Shown here: positions 14,875-25,273 of the stretch, in pieces
Layout: each line of letters starts with the position of its first letter
Numbering within the stretch: the stretch's first letter is position 1
Virus record (IMG/VR): IMGVR_UViG_3300037991_001826
Span: 1-46,904 of that record
Reading direction: 5' to 3' (one strand)
DNA from: a virus
Taxonomy: Duplodnaviria > Caudoviricetes
Length of the DNA: 46,904 nucleotides
Translations under genes and position numbers: made by a program
Notes under the pieces: model-generated
The model's database searches: none
The model's input: the letters and a program-made list of their open reading frames with translations, nothing else
Told to the model about the DNA's origin: nothing

Positions 14875-17775
14875 TTATAGGGTACCGAAATCGAGAGTTA
14901 AATTAGTTGTTGTTATTACGTTTGGTGCAATAGTTTGACCAGCTACAAGAGCTGCAATCTCACTAGCTGTCTGATCCGCAGTAGCTCCAGACTCAATGCC
15001 ATCCAGTTTTGTACCGTCAGTAGCTACATCTCTACCATCTACTGTTCCTGATATAACAATGTTTGCATTAATGGTTTGGTTTCCAGAGAAAGTATTTGCT
15101 CCAGTACCAGCTAAGTTTCCTGTTGCAGTAACACCACCTTGCCAGGCTGAACCGTTATAAATTCTTAATTCATTAGAAGAACTATCAAAATATAAATCTC
15201 CAGCAGCTAGTGCATTACCACCACCATCTGTCGATGGGTTAGATGATGCAATTTGGTATAAATCTGCAAAGTTATTTATATCTGATATGTTTCCAGCAAC
15301 TGTATTAATATTGGTCGCATTGGAAACTACTGAGTTTATATTTGACGCATTTGAAACCGCAGAATTAATATTTGATGCGTTAGAAACTGCACTATTAATA
15401 TTGCTTGAGTTATTAGCTACAGAAGTAATGTTGGAATTGTTTCCAGCTACGGCATCAATATTTGTTTTGTTTGCATTAACTGCATTGATATTTGTAGCGT
15501 TTGATTGAACTGCATTTATGTTGGTTGCGTTACCAGCTACGGCAGTAATGTTTGAGTTATTACCAGCTACTGCGTTTATATTTGTTGAGTTACCAGCTAC
15601 AGCATTAATGTTAGTTATGCTGTCAGATACTGTTTTTATAGGGTCATCTTTAACAGTGATGGTGTTACCCATTCCACTGTGGTTTGTACAGTAATACTGG
15701 AAGTTAGTTGGCTGAGTTTCTGGAATCTTAATAGATACCTTTGCGCCAGCTTGTCCCTGAGTACCAGTAACAGTTACGTTAGTTGAATACTGTGAACTGT
15801 TAGCGTAGAAACGTAATGGATGAGATCCAAGAGTATTAGAACTTAAGTCAAATGTATATGTCCAACCTTTGTATAAAGTTAAAGCTGGCTTAGATACACC
15901 ATCAATTAGATAAGCTCCTCCAGATGCAGTAACAGTAAAGGTTGCTTCATCTTCTAGTATGTCTGCAACTATATCTAATGAACCATTAGAACTTCCTGTA
16001 GTTACAGCATCACTTATAAGACCTAAGTCCTCTTGATAAGTAATCGCACCTGAGACAATAGCAATATCGTTAAGAACACTCTGTGCAGGGGTGACGATAG
16101 CCCAATTAGTCCCGTCATATACCCGTAAATTGTCATTGGAATTATCAAACCATAAGTCACCATCTTGAAGAGATCCACCATCCACTCTTTGAGTTGGGGC
16201 ATTATTTGAAATTTGGTAAAGATCTGCAAAGTTATTTATGTCGACTACGTTTGCACCAGCTGCAACAATATTAGTTATGTTGCTTGCAACTGTTGTCACT
16301 TCAGTAGCTTTTGGAACTAATCTGTGGAAAGTATATGTATTAAGTGTTGAAGTAGATTCAACTAATATTCCAAATCCTTGAGGTAAAACTGAAGGCACTC
16401 CAGTTACAGTTACCGTACTATTTCCTACAGTTCCATTTGCAATAGTTACTGTAGTTCCACTAGGAGTATAAGCCTGTGATAAAGCACCAATACTTAAAAT
16501 AGCTGCTTGACCAGTAGCTCCTTGTGGGTTTGTATTTGGAAAACTTGTCTCGTTTGCAATAGTTGTAAAACCACCAACATCATCAACAAGGTCAATAATC
16601 CTGGCATTGATAGCAGCCGTTGTTGCTACTTTTGCATCTGAGTTAGACCATGTATCTCCACTAGCAATAGTTTCTGAAGAATCCTGTCTAAGGAATAAAG
16701 CTTCAGCTTCTGTTTCTGTGTAGTACCTACCGTCTAAGGCTCCACTTGAAAGTTCAGTTTCTGTAAAATATCTGTTGTCTAACTGACCAGCATCTAGCTC
16801 AGTTTCTGTGTAGTATCTGACGTCAGCAGCTCCACCAGTTATTTCAGATTCTGTAAAGTACCTTGTATCAAGTGAACCACCGTTTAGTTCTGCTTCGGTG
16901 TAATATAAGGTGTTTAACTGACCACCATCTAGCTGACTTTCTGTGTAGTATCTAGTGTCAAGAGCACCGTTAGATAATTCTGTTTCAGTAAAATATCTGT
17001 TATCTAACTGACCGTTATTTAATTCAGTTTCTGTGTAGTACTGGTTATCTAGTTGACCGTTATTTAGTTCGGTCTCTGTGTAGTATCGATTATCTAAAGT
17101 ACCTTCTTCAATATCAATATCTTGAATCGTGCGATTTTCAATATTAGTTCTAGTGACGGTGATGTCACTTGGTAACGTACCTCCACCTAACTTATCAAGA
17201 GTTACTGAATCAGCAGCTAATTTAGATCCTTGGATATTGGCAGCTGAATTAATATCTGCATCAACAATAGAGTTATCTACTATGTTTGACGAGTTAACAG
17301 TTATGCCACTAGGTAAAAGACCTGTAGCAATTTTGGTTTGTGCTATAGCAGCAGTTGCACTTATATCCGCATCAACAATAGTTCCATCTTTTATTTTTGC
17401 TGTTGTTACAGAACTATCTTTTAAATCAGGTGTTCTTATAAGTTGATGTTGTTCTTGACTTGCAAGTCTTACCAAATCATGGCAATCATTTAAGTCTTGT
17501 GCCCGTATAGCTGAACCAGCGGCAAATACAGCTGCTGGCGAATCTAAGTCAGTATGTCTATATATGTGTACATTCCCAGAACCGGCTGCTGCTGCTGCGC
17601 CGAGTGTAACTGTGGTGCTAACTACTTTGTATTCACCAGATGATGGGTTTGTATTTGTTGTATATGTAAGCGGAGATCCATCAATTTCAACTTTGATGTC
17701 CTCCGGTTTTATGTATTCAATTGAAAAATTGTAGGATGTACTCCCACCATTTTTAAGTTCTTCAGTTGTTGCCAT
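14875..17775 (-). CDS. Tail fibre (T7 gp17-like N-terminal anchor)
   Basis: gp17-type N-terminus (IYRHTD...AIRAQDLN), internal repeats, position after gp16. Confidence 0.9.
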   Translation of the reverse strand: MATTEELKNGGSTSYNFSIEYIKPEDIKVEIDGSPLTYTTNTNPSSGEYKVVSTTVTLGAAAAAGSGNVHIYRHTDLDSPAAVFAAGSAIRAQDLNDCHDLVRLASQEQHQLIRTPDLKDSSVTTAKIKDGTIVDADISATAAIAQTKIATGLLPSGITVNSSNIVDNSIVDADINSAANIQGSKLAADSVTLDKLGGGTLPSDITVTRTNIENRTIQDIDIEEGTLDNRYYTETELNNGQLDNQYYTETELNNGQLDNRYFTETELSNGALDTRYYTESQLDGGQLNTLYYTEAELNGGSLDTRYFTESEITGGAADVRYYTETELDAGQLDNRYFTETELSSGALDGRYYTETEAEALFLRQDSSETIASGDTWSNSDAKVATTAAINARIIDLVDDVGGFTTIANETSFPNTNPQGATGQAAILSIGALSQAYTPSGTTVTIANGTVGNSTVTVTGVPSVLPQGFGILVESTSTLNTYTFHRLVPKATEVTTVASNITNIVAAGANVVDINNFADLYQISNNAPTQRVDGGSLQDGDLWFDNSNDNLRVYDGTNWAIVTPAQSVLNDIAIVSGAITYQEDLGLISDAVTTGSSNGSLDIVADILEDEATFTVTASGGAYLIDGVSKPALTLYKGWTYTFDLSSNTLGSHPLRFYANSSQYSTNVTVTGTQGQAGAKVSIKIPETQPTNFQYYCTNHSGMGNTITVKDDPIKTVSDSITNINAVAGNSTNINAVAGNNSNITAVAGNATNINAVQSNATNINAVNANKTNIDAVAGNNSNITSVANNSSNINSAVSNASNINSAVSNASNINSVVSNATNINTVAGNISDINNFADLYQIASSNPSTDGGGNALAAGDLYFDSSSNELRIYNGSAWQGGVTATGNLAGTGANTFSGNQTINANIVISGTVDGRDVATDGTKLDGIESGATADQTASEIAALVAGQTIAPNVITTTNLTLDFGTL
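15270..15620 (-). repeat. About 11 tandem 30-nt (10-aa, xxNINAVAGN) coding repeats
   Basis: Visible in the translation; boundaries approximate. Confidence 0.85.
16693..17097 (-). repeat. Nine tandem 45-nt (15-aa, LDNRYYTETELxxGx) coding repeats
   Basis: Counted in the translation. Confidence 0.9.
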
Positions 17776-17804
17776 CTTTATCCTTTAGGAATTGATGGGT
17801 GGAT

Positions 17805-20800
17805 TTATAAAAGGTTCTTTGCTTCTTTTTGCAGTCTTATTATTTCTTCTATGTCGCCTCTACGTGTGGCGTCTGTTATCGATCTATTGTAGTACTGTTT
17901 CTTTTCGACTATTCCTCTTTCAGCAATTCTAAGTTCTGCCTGATTCTGAGCATTTCTTAACGCCCTTTTTAGCATTCTATGGATATCTTTAAATTGTTTT
18001 CTATCTAATTCAACTCCATTATTTATAGCTTTTTTGTATTCTTTTCTGAAATTTCTACCCTCTGGAGTATTCATTATTCTCTGAACTTCTTTAGCAAATA
18101 GCTTATCTTTGCCCATAATCTGTGTGACTTGTGAGCGTTGAGCTGGAGAATATTCCACTCCATTACCATTTGTATTTAGTTGAGGTCTTCCATCAAATTC
18201 GACATCAATAAGGAATTGTTTAATAGGTGAAAGATCATCACCACGTTTAAATGCAGGAGAATATGTATTTACTAATCTTTGCCAAAAGTTTTGTGGTTCT
18301 CTAATTAGACCACCATCTACCCAGTCATACGCATTAGGTAAACCTTCTTTTGCAATAGGGTTTCTGTTAGCTAATAACTGTGTAAATTCTTGTTCTACTT
18401 CTTTTAGTTGTGGGGTAAGAAGTCTACCAAGTTCATTTCTAAGTCCACTTCCTGGCACAAAACTACTACCAAAACTAGCAAGCCATCTATTCATAGCTGC
18501 TGGGTTTCCAGCTAACACGTCGTTCATTGGTTCGAGACCAGCTAAGAATGATTTGTTAACTATATTGGCAGCTAAAATGTGACCCATTTTATTTAGATAT
18601 AACTCTAAAGTTGGTGAATCTAACGTATCGAAGTTATCCATCACGTCAGCAGTTAAAGCAATCCAATCACTTATTGCACCAAGACCTTCATAGCTATACC
18701 ATTTACCATCCCAACCTTTATAGGAGCGAGGTTGCCAACCAAGTTGTTGTCTAGTTCTCTGTCTTGTCTTGTCATATAAACCATTACCATGAAGACGATC
18801 AGTACTAAATAATCCAACAGCACCAAATACTGAGATAGTACCTATAGCTTTTCTGCCTTTTAATTCAGCACGAATAGTCTCATAAGCAGCTTCAATATTA
18901 ACGGCATCTACATCAACCTCATTAGCTCTTAATAATCTCTCTACTTCACTACCATCCATTTGTGCGAATGGTTTTCTGAAAGCATTTAATCGATCAATAA
19001 ATAAACCTAATGGGTTATGACTACCAGCAAAGCGCAACATGTTTACAGCTGTTCGTGGAAACATGAGAAATGGTTTAAATACTGGTGCATAAGTAAGCAA
19101 ACTATTGATGCCATCTACCCCAGGATTATCTAGGTTCATAGCTATTTCTCTACTTGCGTACTCCACACCCTTATCGGTAATCATCCCGTTCTCATCGAAC
19201 ATCTCCTTATATATTTTGTCGCTTGCTTCTTTTAAACTTTTATCTGTAATTTTCGTGCTTTTATCAAATAATGCATCATATGCTCTACCTCGAGCTTCAA
19301 CACTAGCAATAAAGGATCTGGTAAATCCGTCAAACGCTGTCATAGAGTTTGCACCAAATCTCAACCAAGGATGCTCTGCAAGATCATTCATCGCTTTGAC
19401 TCTTTCCATCATTGCTGCTGGACCTTCTAAACCTTCAGCAGATTTAGCGTCAGCAAAAGCTTGTAATGATTCCAAAGTTTTTTGATTTTTAATTTGGAAA
19501 TCTTTACGCATCACATACTCAACAGAACTAGGATCTCTAGACGCTTGTCTAAAAACTATGTTCATATGTTTAGTAGCTTGCTGCAAAGTATCAACCATAC
19601 CAACCGTGTACATATAACTTGCTCTTCTTATGGTTGCAATATCACCTTGTAATAAAGCTCCAGCCATAGTAGATATAGGTCTTTCAATCATTAATGCCAA
19701 GTTTGACATTGCAGCTTTAAGAGGTGTACCGATAGCAGATAGAACTGAGTTATAAATATTAGCCCATGCTCCCTGTACCACAACAGAAGGCATATCAGGA
19801 TTTAAATCTATTAAGGCTTTTCTAAATACTCCTGTTGATTCTTTAAAGTATCTATTTAGCTTTGCAATGGTATTTACATTTCCATCAGTAGTTTCATAAG
19901 CCAACATTAGTGGTTTTAACATTGATGGCTTTTCCGCGTTTAGCATGCGGATTAGATCAATAGCTTCTTTTGACTCAATAGTGATTTTCCTTAAACTTTC
20001 TATTGTTTCTTGTTTCTGCTCTTTTACATAATTAAAAGCATTATTTAAGATATTTTTCTTTCCGCCTTTATTTCTAAAATCTAGTGTTTTTATTCGATTA
20101 AATATATTGGTCATATTCAAAGCTCTACCTCTTGCATAAGAAGTTTGCGCTTTAATATTCATTAAATATTGAAGTCTATCTAGGATCTGTTCTTGCGCTC
20201 TTTGTACAGCTTGGGGTGCATCTTCCATAAGTCTTGCACCTTCTGCTAAATCAGAAACTTGTCCAGCTAAAGATGTACTCATATATGCTTGAGCACGTGC
20301 TAAGTCCATATTCATATAGTCATCAAAGTATTTCTTTATTGCATTAAATACTCCGACATATCCTTCTGAGCTAAGAACTTTAATACCTGTATCAGCGTCG
20401 GTACCAGTTAAGAAAGTATCAATAACTTTCTTCATTTCTGGTACATCCATTTCGTATAAAGCTGCGGCTAGATCTTCTCCTACTTCTACAACCTCTTTAT
20501 GTGTAATTACCTTTCCAGTTTGACCATGCCATTCAACATCTAATTGCAAATCTTTAGATAATTGACGCATAGTATCAAATCCTCCATCATCAAGGTTTAA
20601 ACCTTTTCTTAATGCAGAATCAGTAAATACACTTCCAACTCTTCCTTGGACACTATCTATATTTTTAGTAATACGTACAGCGTCAACTGATGCTGAAACT
20701 ATATCTGCATCCTGAGTTCTAAAACCAACTTCATAATCATCGTAGAGTTTATGTACTCCTTTTATTGGTTTATCTAGATCTATATCTTCAGTAATTTCTA

Positions 20801-21812
20801 AATTATATTTACCCAGCTCAGTGAACTCTTTCTTTCTCTTTTCACTGTTGATGACCATTTCATTTTCTACTGGGTCTTTTACTCTTGTCTTCTTTGCATT
20901 CTTCTTATCAACCCATGCCTTAGCCTTTTCAGATTTAGGTACCCATTGGGTTGCGTCATCTATACCTTTTAGTTCTCTAAGTAATTTTGTACCACCTAGC
21001 AAAACATCTCCGAAGAAACTTAATCCAATTCCTTCATTGACATTCTTCATTCTCTTAGTTTCTGGAGAATCGCTATCTAATGTTGCAATGTTTTCTGGTA
21101 TCCAGCCATAAGTCTGTGGCCACGCTTTCTTTAACGAACCAGCAGCGTTGTGATCTGTTTCGTTTACTGTGTTAATCCTATCGACTACACCACCAGCAAA
21201 AGCATCAGCTCCGGCATTACCCATAAATTTCATTAAAGGGTTATTTCCAATAGACCAGCCAACTTTCGCATGAGCTGCTCTTCCTAAGCCTTTTAACCAT
21301 ATTCCTCCATATAACGCAGGAATCACGATGCCAGATATTTCTCTAATACCCTGCAAAGTTGCACTTTCGTACTTAGGCAGTTTTGGAATTTTAACGCCAG
21401 GAATTATGTTGACTGTATCAATGGCGAAATCTACCATTCCAGCTCCCATGGCTGCTGGGTAATTAGGAGCATTTAATGGGTTTCTTAAATCTGCTCTGTT
21501 ATGGGAAAAGGTATCAGCAAAGGTAATTCTCTCACCTCTTTTGATTTTTCCTTCTATGTATAGTCGATGATCTTTTCTAGATAAAGCCTGACCTTCAACT
21601 TTATTCGGCTCTACCTCTGTTAGTTCCGTAGAACTTGATTGGGATTGAGGTTGATTTGTCTGTTCTGTTTGACCTTGGTCTCCTCCTGCTGCTTCCTGTA
21701 AAACTTGTTGTCTATATTGAGATTCTTTTTGAAACTCATCCATAGACTTTAAAGCTTCTTCAGTTAAGCGAGGGACAGACTCATTCAACTCATCCATTAT
21801 TGAATCGTTCAT
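17805..21812 (-). CDS. Internal virion protein (gp16-like)
   Basis: 1335 aa; T7-like synteny. Confidence 0.75.
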   Translation of the reverse strand: MNDSIMDELNESVPRLTEEALKSMDEFQKESQYRQQVLQEAAGGDQGQTEQTNQPQSQSSSTELTEVEPNKVEGQALSRKDHRLYIEGKIKRGERITFADTFSHNRADLRNPLNAPNYPAAMGAGMVDFAIDTVNIIPGVKIPKLPKYESATLQGIREISGIVIPALYGGIWLKGLGRAAHAKVGWSIGNNPLMKFMGNAGADAFAGGVVDRINTVNETDHNAAGSLKKAWPQTYGWIPENIATLDSDSPETKRMKNVNEGIGLSFFGDVLLGGTKLLRELKGIDDATQWVPKSEKAKAWVDKKNAKKTRVKDPVENEMVINSEKRKKEFTELGKYNLEITEDIDLDKPIKGVHKLYDDYEVGFRTQDADIVSASVDAVRITKNIDSVQGRVGSVFTDSALRKGLNLDDGGFDTMRQLSKDLQLDVEWHGQTGKVITHKEVVEVGEDLAAALYEMDVPEMKKVIDTFLTGTDADTGIKVLSSEGYVGVFNAIKKYFDDYMNMDLARAQAYMSTSLAGQVSDLAEGARLMEDAPQAVQRAQEQILDRLQYLMNIKAQTSYARGRALNMTNIFNRIKTLDFRNKGGKKNILNNAFNYVKEQKQETIESLRKITIESKEAIDLIRMLNAEKPSMLKPLMLAYETTDGNVNTIAKLNRYFKESTGVFRKALIDLNPDMPSVVVQGAWANIYNSVLSAIGTPLKAAMSNLALMIERPISTMAGALLQGDIATIRRASYMYTVGMVDTLQQATKHMNIVFRQASRDPSSVEYVMRKDFQIKNQKTLESLQAFADAKSAEGLEGPAAMMERVKAMNDLAEHPWLRFGANSMTAFDGFTRSFIASVEARGRAYDALFDKSTKITDKSLKEASDKIYKEMFDENGMITDKGVEYASREIAMNLDNPGVDGINSLLTYAPVFKPFLMFPRTAVNMLRFAGSHNPLGLFIDRLNAFRKPFAQMDGSEVERLLRANEVDVDAVNIEAAYETIRAELKGRKAIGTISVFGAVGLFSTDRLHGNGLYDKTRQRTRQQLGWQPRSYKGWDGKWYSYEGLGAISDWIALTADVMDNFDTLDSPTLELYLNKMGHILAANIVNKSFLAGLEPMNDVLAGNPAAMNRWLASFGSSFVPGSGLRNELGRLLTPQLKEVEQEFTQLLANRNPIAKEGLPNAYDWVDGGLIREPQNFWQRLVNTYSPAFKRGDDLSPIKQFLIDVEFDGRPQLNTNGNGVEYSPAQRSQVTQIMGKDKLFAKEVQRIMNTPEGRNFRKEYKKAINNGVELDRKQFKDIHRMLKRALRNAQNQAELRIAERGIVEKKQYYNRSITDATRRGDIEEIIRLQKEAKNLL

Positions 21813-24115
21813 TTGTTAGTTCTGTTTTCTACATCTTTTTCAAGACCTTCGATAATCAAGTTTTTTAAAGCATATTTATCTGTACCACCGCTGTATTTAT
21901 AAAGTGCTCTGTTATAGTCATCTCTTTGTTCGGAATTAAGAATCTTATATAATTCATCGGTGCTGTCAAAGTTATAGCCAAGGTTGTCTAGTTGAATACC
22001 AGTTTCAAATGTTGCCATTTTATGGCCAAAACTAAGATCTCCCAATAGATCGGAATTTAAGGATTCTAGTAGTTTTTGTTTGGGTGATAAAGCTTGTACG
22101 TTTTCTCCAGTGGTGCCCCATGCACGAGCAGACGTCATACTTGTTGCTGAGTAATTAAGTAAGAATTTAGATTCTGTAGGTAATCCATCAAATGCTTTTA
22201 ATGCATCGCTTGTAAGTGGTTCCATACCTAGTGATGCACGTTGTCTATTGATGACATCGATAGCATTCATATTGTCGAACTTTTTAGCAATTCTTTTAGC
22301 TTTTTCTGGTATGACTAAAACACCTTGAGTTGCAGAGTTGTTCTGAATATCAATAAGTTCTTGTTCACTAAAGAAAAGTCTTGGAGAGTCTAGAGCTGTA
22401 ACTCCCATACTCTTTAAATAAAAATTTTCTTTTTGTATTGCTTTATCAACTAATTTTGATGTATCAGCTAACTCATCTGCTTTGGTGACATTAGGACTTA
22501 CATAATTACCAAGATCATCCTGATAGATACTTACACTTGCACCTTGTTTAGATTGAAATTCAAAATCAGTTTTTATTTCATCAAAAGCCATTTGACCAGC
22601 TTTATGTTTCTCACCTTCTGGTAAAGCTTCATGTATTTCTATAGCTCTTTTTTGCCATTTAGCTTGGAAGTATCTTGAGAGTTGATTAGCTCCATCGTCA
22701 TATCCACCAGCCGTTAACTTGGCTGCTTTTTTAACCATAGATTCCAAGTCATTTAAATACTCTTTACCACCAACAATTACAGTATCTCCAGCTTTCGCTT
22801 TCTTTTGTATCTCAGGATCTAACTGAACCATTATTGGATATTCTTTAAGAGTTTCTGAATTTAACTCTCCATCAAGAAAAGCTTGCTCTGCGTCTAATTT
22901 CCTGGATTTTATAATGTTCTTATCTTCACGTAAGCTATCAATCATTGTTTGGAGGTACGGGTCAGAATGACCGTTGTACATCATCTTTTGCTTTGTCTGT
23001 AATTGTTGAGCCTGTTTAATAATTTCTAAGTCATAACCTTTTTCACTGATCTTGTCAGCAGGAATACCTTTGATAAATTCCTGAGTATCGTTGTGAGCAT
23101 TTAGTTGACGCTCATTCTGTTCTCTGTTGTATTTCTTAGTTGCATAATCATCTACAGCATCTTCTAACTCATTAGCTTCTGCTGGATATTGTTGTCTAAA
23201 AGTAGTTGTATGGCCATCAGCATGTACAAATTCCATGTCCAACATTTTGTCAGTTTGAGCTTCTGTTAAAACTCCAGAATTTGCTAAAGATTTCAAATGA
23301 CCTAAAGCTTCTCTTCTAGCCTTACCTTTAATACCGCCATATAAACCAGAATAATTATTCGCAAAATTCATTATGCAGTTCACTCCGTCTGCACCTGTCA
23401 TGGCACAAGACATAAGTGTTTTCTTGGCATCAACTATTTCTTGTTCTTTTATTTCTTTTTCTCTTTTTGTATACCAGTTGTTATAGGCAGTTTCTTCTTT
23501 TTTACGCTGCCCTTCAAAGACATGTTTATTTACTAGAGCTGGGTTGATATCACCAAGTTGTCTGTATAGATCTAATCTTGCTATTGATTCAGCAGCTTTG
23601 TACTCCTCGTATGAAGTTGCATTTTGCATAGCTTCATTAGTAGAAGGACTGTATTGTTGAAGTTTTCCCTCAACAAATGCAACAACAGCTCCATGCTGTT
23701 CAGCTTTATTTAGCTTTTTAAATTCAACAGAGTTCCATATATCACCACCTCTTTTGTCCCACTCAGTACGCATGTCATTAATAACACGCCCTTCTTCGTA
23801 TAACTCTTCAGTGGCAGTGTCATATGCAAGTTGGGTTTCATCTGGGAGTCCATTTTCATAGAGCCACATATAACCTTTAGCAAAATCTTCTTGCCTTTTT
23901 TTATCTTCTCTTTCTTTTAAAATCCCACCAATAGTTTCGGACATTTCGCCCAACTGTTTTAAACCATCACCAGCGAAAGAAGCTGCATAATTATAGTTGT
24001 CAATTTCTTGACTCCAGAAATTATCCATTCCTTCGTTGATCTGTTTATAACCAGTTACGAGTTCGGGAATATAATCTTTAGATGCTACGGGATCGAATTG
24101 TGGTTCTTTTGCCAT
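21809..24115 (-). CDS. Internal virion protein (gp15-like)
   Basis: Synteny; TAATG-coupled start. Confidence 0.7.
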   Translation of the reverse strand: MAKEPQFDPVASKDYIPELVTGYKQINEGMDNFWSQEIDNYNYAASFAGDGLKQLGEMSETIGGILKEREDKKRQEDFAKGYMWLYENGLPDETQLAYDTATEELYEEGRVINDMRTEWDKRGGDIWNSVEFKKLNKAEQHGAVVAFVEGKLQQYSPSTNEAMQNATSYEEYKAAESIARLDLYRQLGDINPALVNKHVFEGQRKKEETAYNNWYTKREKEIKEQEIVDAKKTLMSCAMTGADGVNCIMNFANNYSGLYGGIKGKARREALGHLKSLANSGVLTEAQTDKMLDMEFVHADGHTTTFRQQYPAEANELEDAVDDYATKKYNREQNERQLNAHNDTQEFIKGIPADKISEKGYDLEIIKQAQQLQTKQKMMYNGHSDPYLQTMIDSLREDKNIIKSRKLDAEQAFLDGELNSETLKEYPIMVQLDPEIQKKAKAGDTVIVGGKEYLNDLESMVKKAAKLTAGGYDDGANQLSRYFQAKWQKRAIEIHEALPEGEKHKAGQMAFDEIKTDFEFQSKQGASVSIYQDDLGNYVSPNVTKADELADTSKLVDKAIQKENFYLKSMGVTALDSPRLFFSEQELIDIQNNSATQGVLVIPEKAKRIAKKFDNMNAIDVINRQRASLGMEPLTSDALKAFDGLPTESKFLLNYSATSMTSARAWGTTGENVQALSPKQKLLESLNSDLLGDLSFGHKMATFETGIQLDNLGYNFDSTDELYKILNSEQRDDYNRALYKYSGGTDKYALKNLIIEGLEKDVENRTNK

Positions 24116-24849
24116 TAATATATAACCTCCGCTTGAGACCAATCAGTAAATCCATCAGCTCCAGTTGGTATTGGGTTTACATCCCAATCACCTTCCATAG
24201 CTTGATCACCACTAAATAGGTTTCCACCATCTGCTTCCATAGCACTGAACGCACTACCAGCCGCACCAAGGATTCCCTGGAATATTGGCATTGATGAGTT
24301 CTGCATTGGAGGATAATTAGGAGCCAATGTAGGTACTGGTACTAATGGTTCTGTTAATTTATTTCTTGCGCTTAAAGCTTGTCTTCTTGTTCTCTGAATA
24401 CTTTCTCTGTAAGCTTCATAGCCACGGGTTAAACCAAAGGCTCTCTTACCAACTTCTCTTCCATAAGCTGCTGCTACCAAAGTTTCGTAGCGTTGAGCTG
24501 ATCTACCAGTAACACCGGCAGCTGCTCTCTTGCCAACTTTTTCTCTAACCATTTTCATAAATGAACCCATGTTCTGAGACAAAGCTTTTGATCGGGTTGC
24601 ATTTAGATTTGCTCTAGCTTTTTCGTAAGCACGATTTGCTGCTAGATCATTTTCATTTATATCGATGGCACGCTTGGTTGTCTTAGCCTGATATAAGGTT
24701 CTGTCTTGTAGCCACTTTCTATGGCGAATCTCCATCTGACGTTCCCATGCCCGTCTTTTGGCTGTATTCTGTGCCTTGATTTGTTGGCTTTGACCTATAC
24801 CGCTAAGTATCTTTGACGCTCCACCGAAGGCTGCACTAGGACTGCACAC
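24115..24849 (-). CDS. Internal virion protein (gp14-like)
   Basis: MC..AA N-terminus, GVTGRS motif; synteny. Confidence 0.75.
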   Translation of the reverse strand: MCSPSAAFGGASKILSGIGQSQQIKAQNTAKRRAWERQMEIRHRKWLQDRTLYQAKTTKRAIDINENDLAANRAYEKARANLNATRSKALSQNMGSFMKMVREKVGKRAAAGVTGRSAQRYETLVAAAYGREVGKRAFGLTRGYEAYRESIQRTRRQALSARNKLTEPLVPVPTLAPNYPPMQNSSMPIFQGILGAAGSAFSAMEADGGNLFSGDQAMEGDWDVNPIPTGADGFTDWSQAEVIY

Positions 24850-25273
24850 GGCAAAATTCTATAAAGGATAAATTATTAGGTCCATGTTTTAGTTCCCTTA
24901 AAAATTTGAACCCAAGGAACTTGAGGAGTTTTAAATGAACCCTGTTTCGTTTATCAACGATATTCCAGAGCAACTTCTCTTTTCTACTTTTCACAAACCT
25001 CTTAGCTTCTCGAGCAAAGGTATGTGGATATTTAAGGATAGCTGGTGTACAGAGCATCCAGATCTGCCCATCGTGATATACGCCAGCTAGTCCAGCTATC
25101 TCACCATTCGGTACCTTGAAATATACAGAGTCACAGTTATTAATTCCTACGACTATTGCATTCTCAGGATCATGTCCATGACCCTCAGCTACTTCCGAAC
25201 GATCCTCTGGTAACAAGTTAGAAGCTACATATAGAGCAGCTTCCAACGTTGCAGGGTGAATGTATTTAGACAC
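24836..25273 (-). CDS. gp13-like protein (acetyltransferase-like fold)
   Basis: LWNIVDKRN.VHLKLLKFLGFKF; synteny. Confidence 0.75.
   Translation of the reverse strand: MSKYIHPATLEAALYVASNLLPEDRSEVAEGHGHDPENAIVVGINNCDSVYFKVPNGEIAGLAGVYHDGQIWMLCTPAILKYPHTFAREAKRFVKSRKEKLLWNIVDKRNRVHLKLLKFLGFKFLRELKHGPNNLSFIEFCRVQS

Noticed and set aside
15270-17097. Regular repeats as a CRISPR array
   Set aside because: In-frame degenerate coding repeats with no unique spacers; no cas genes.
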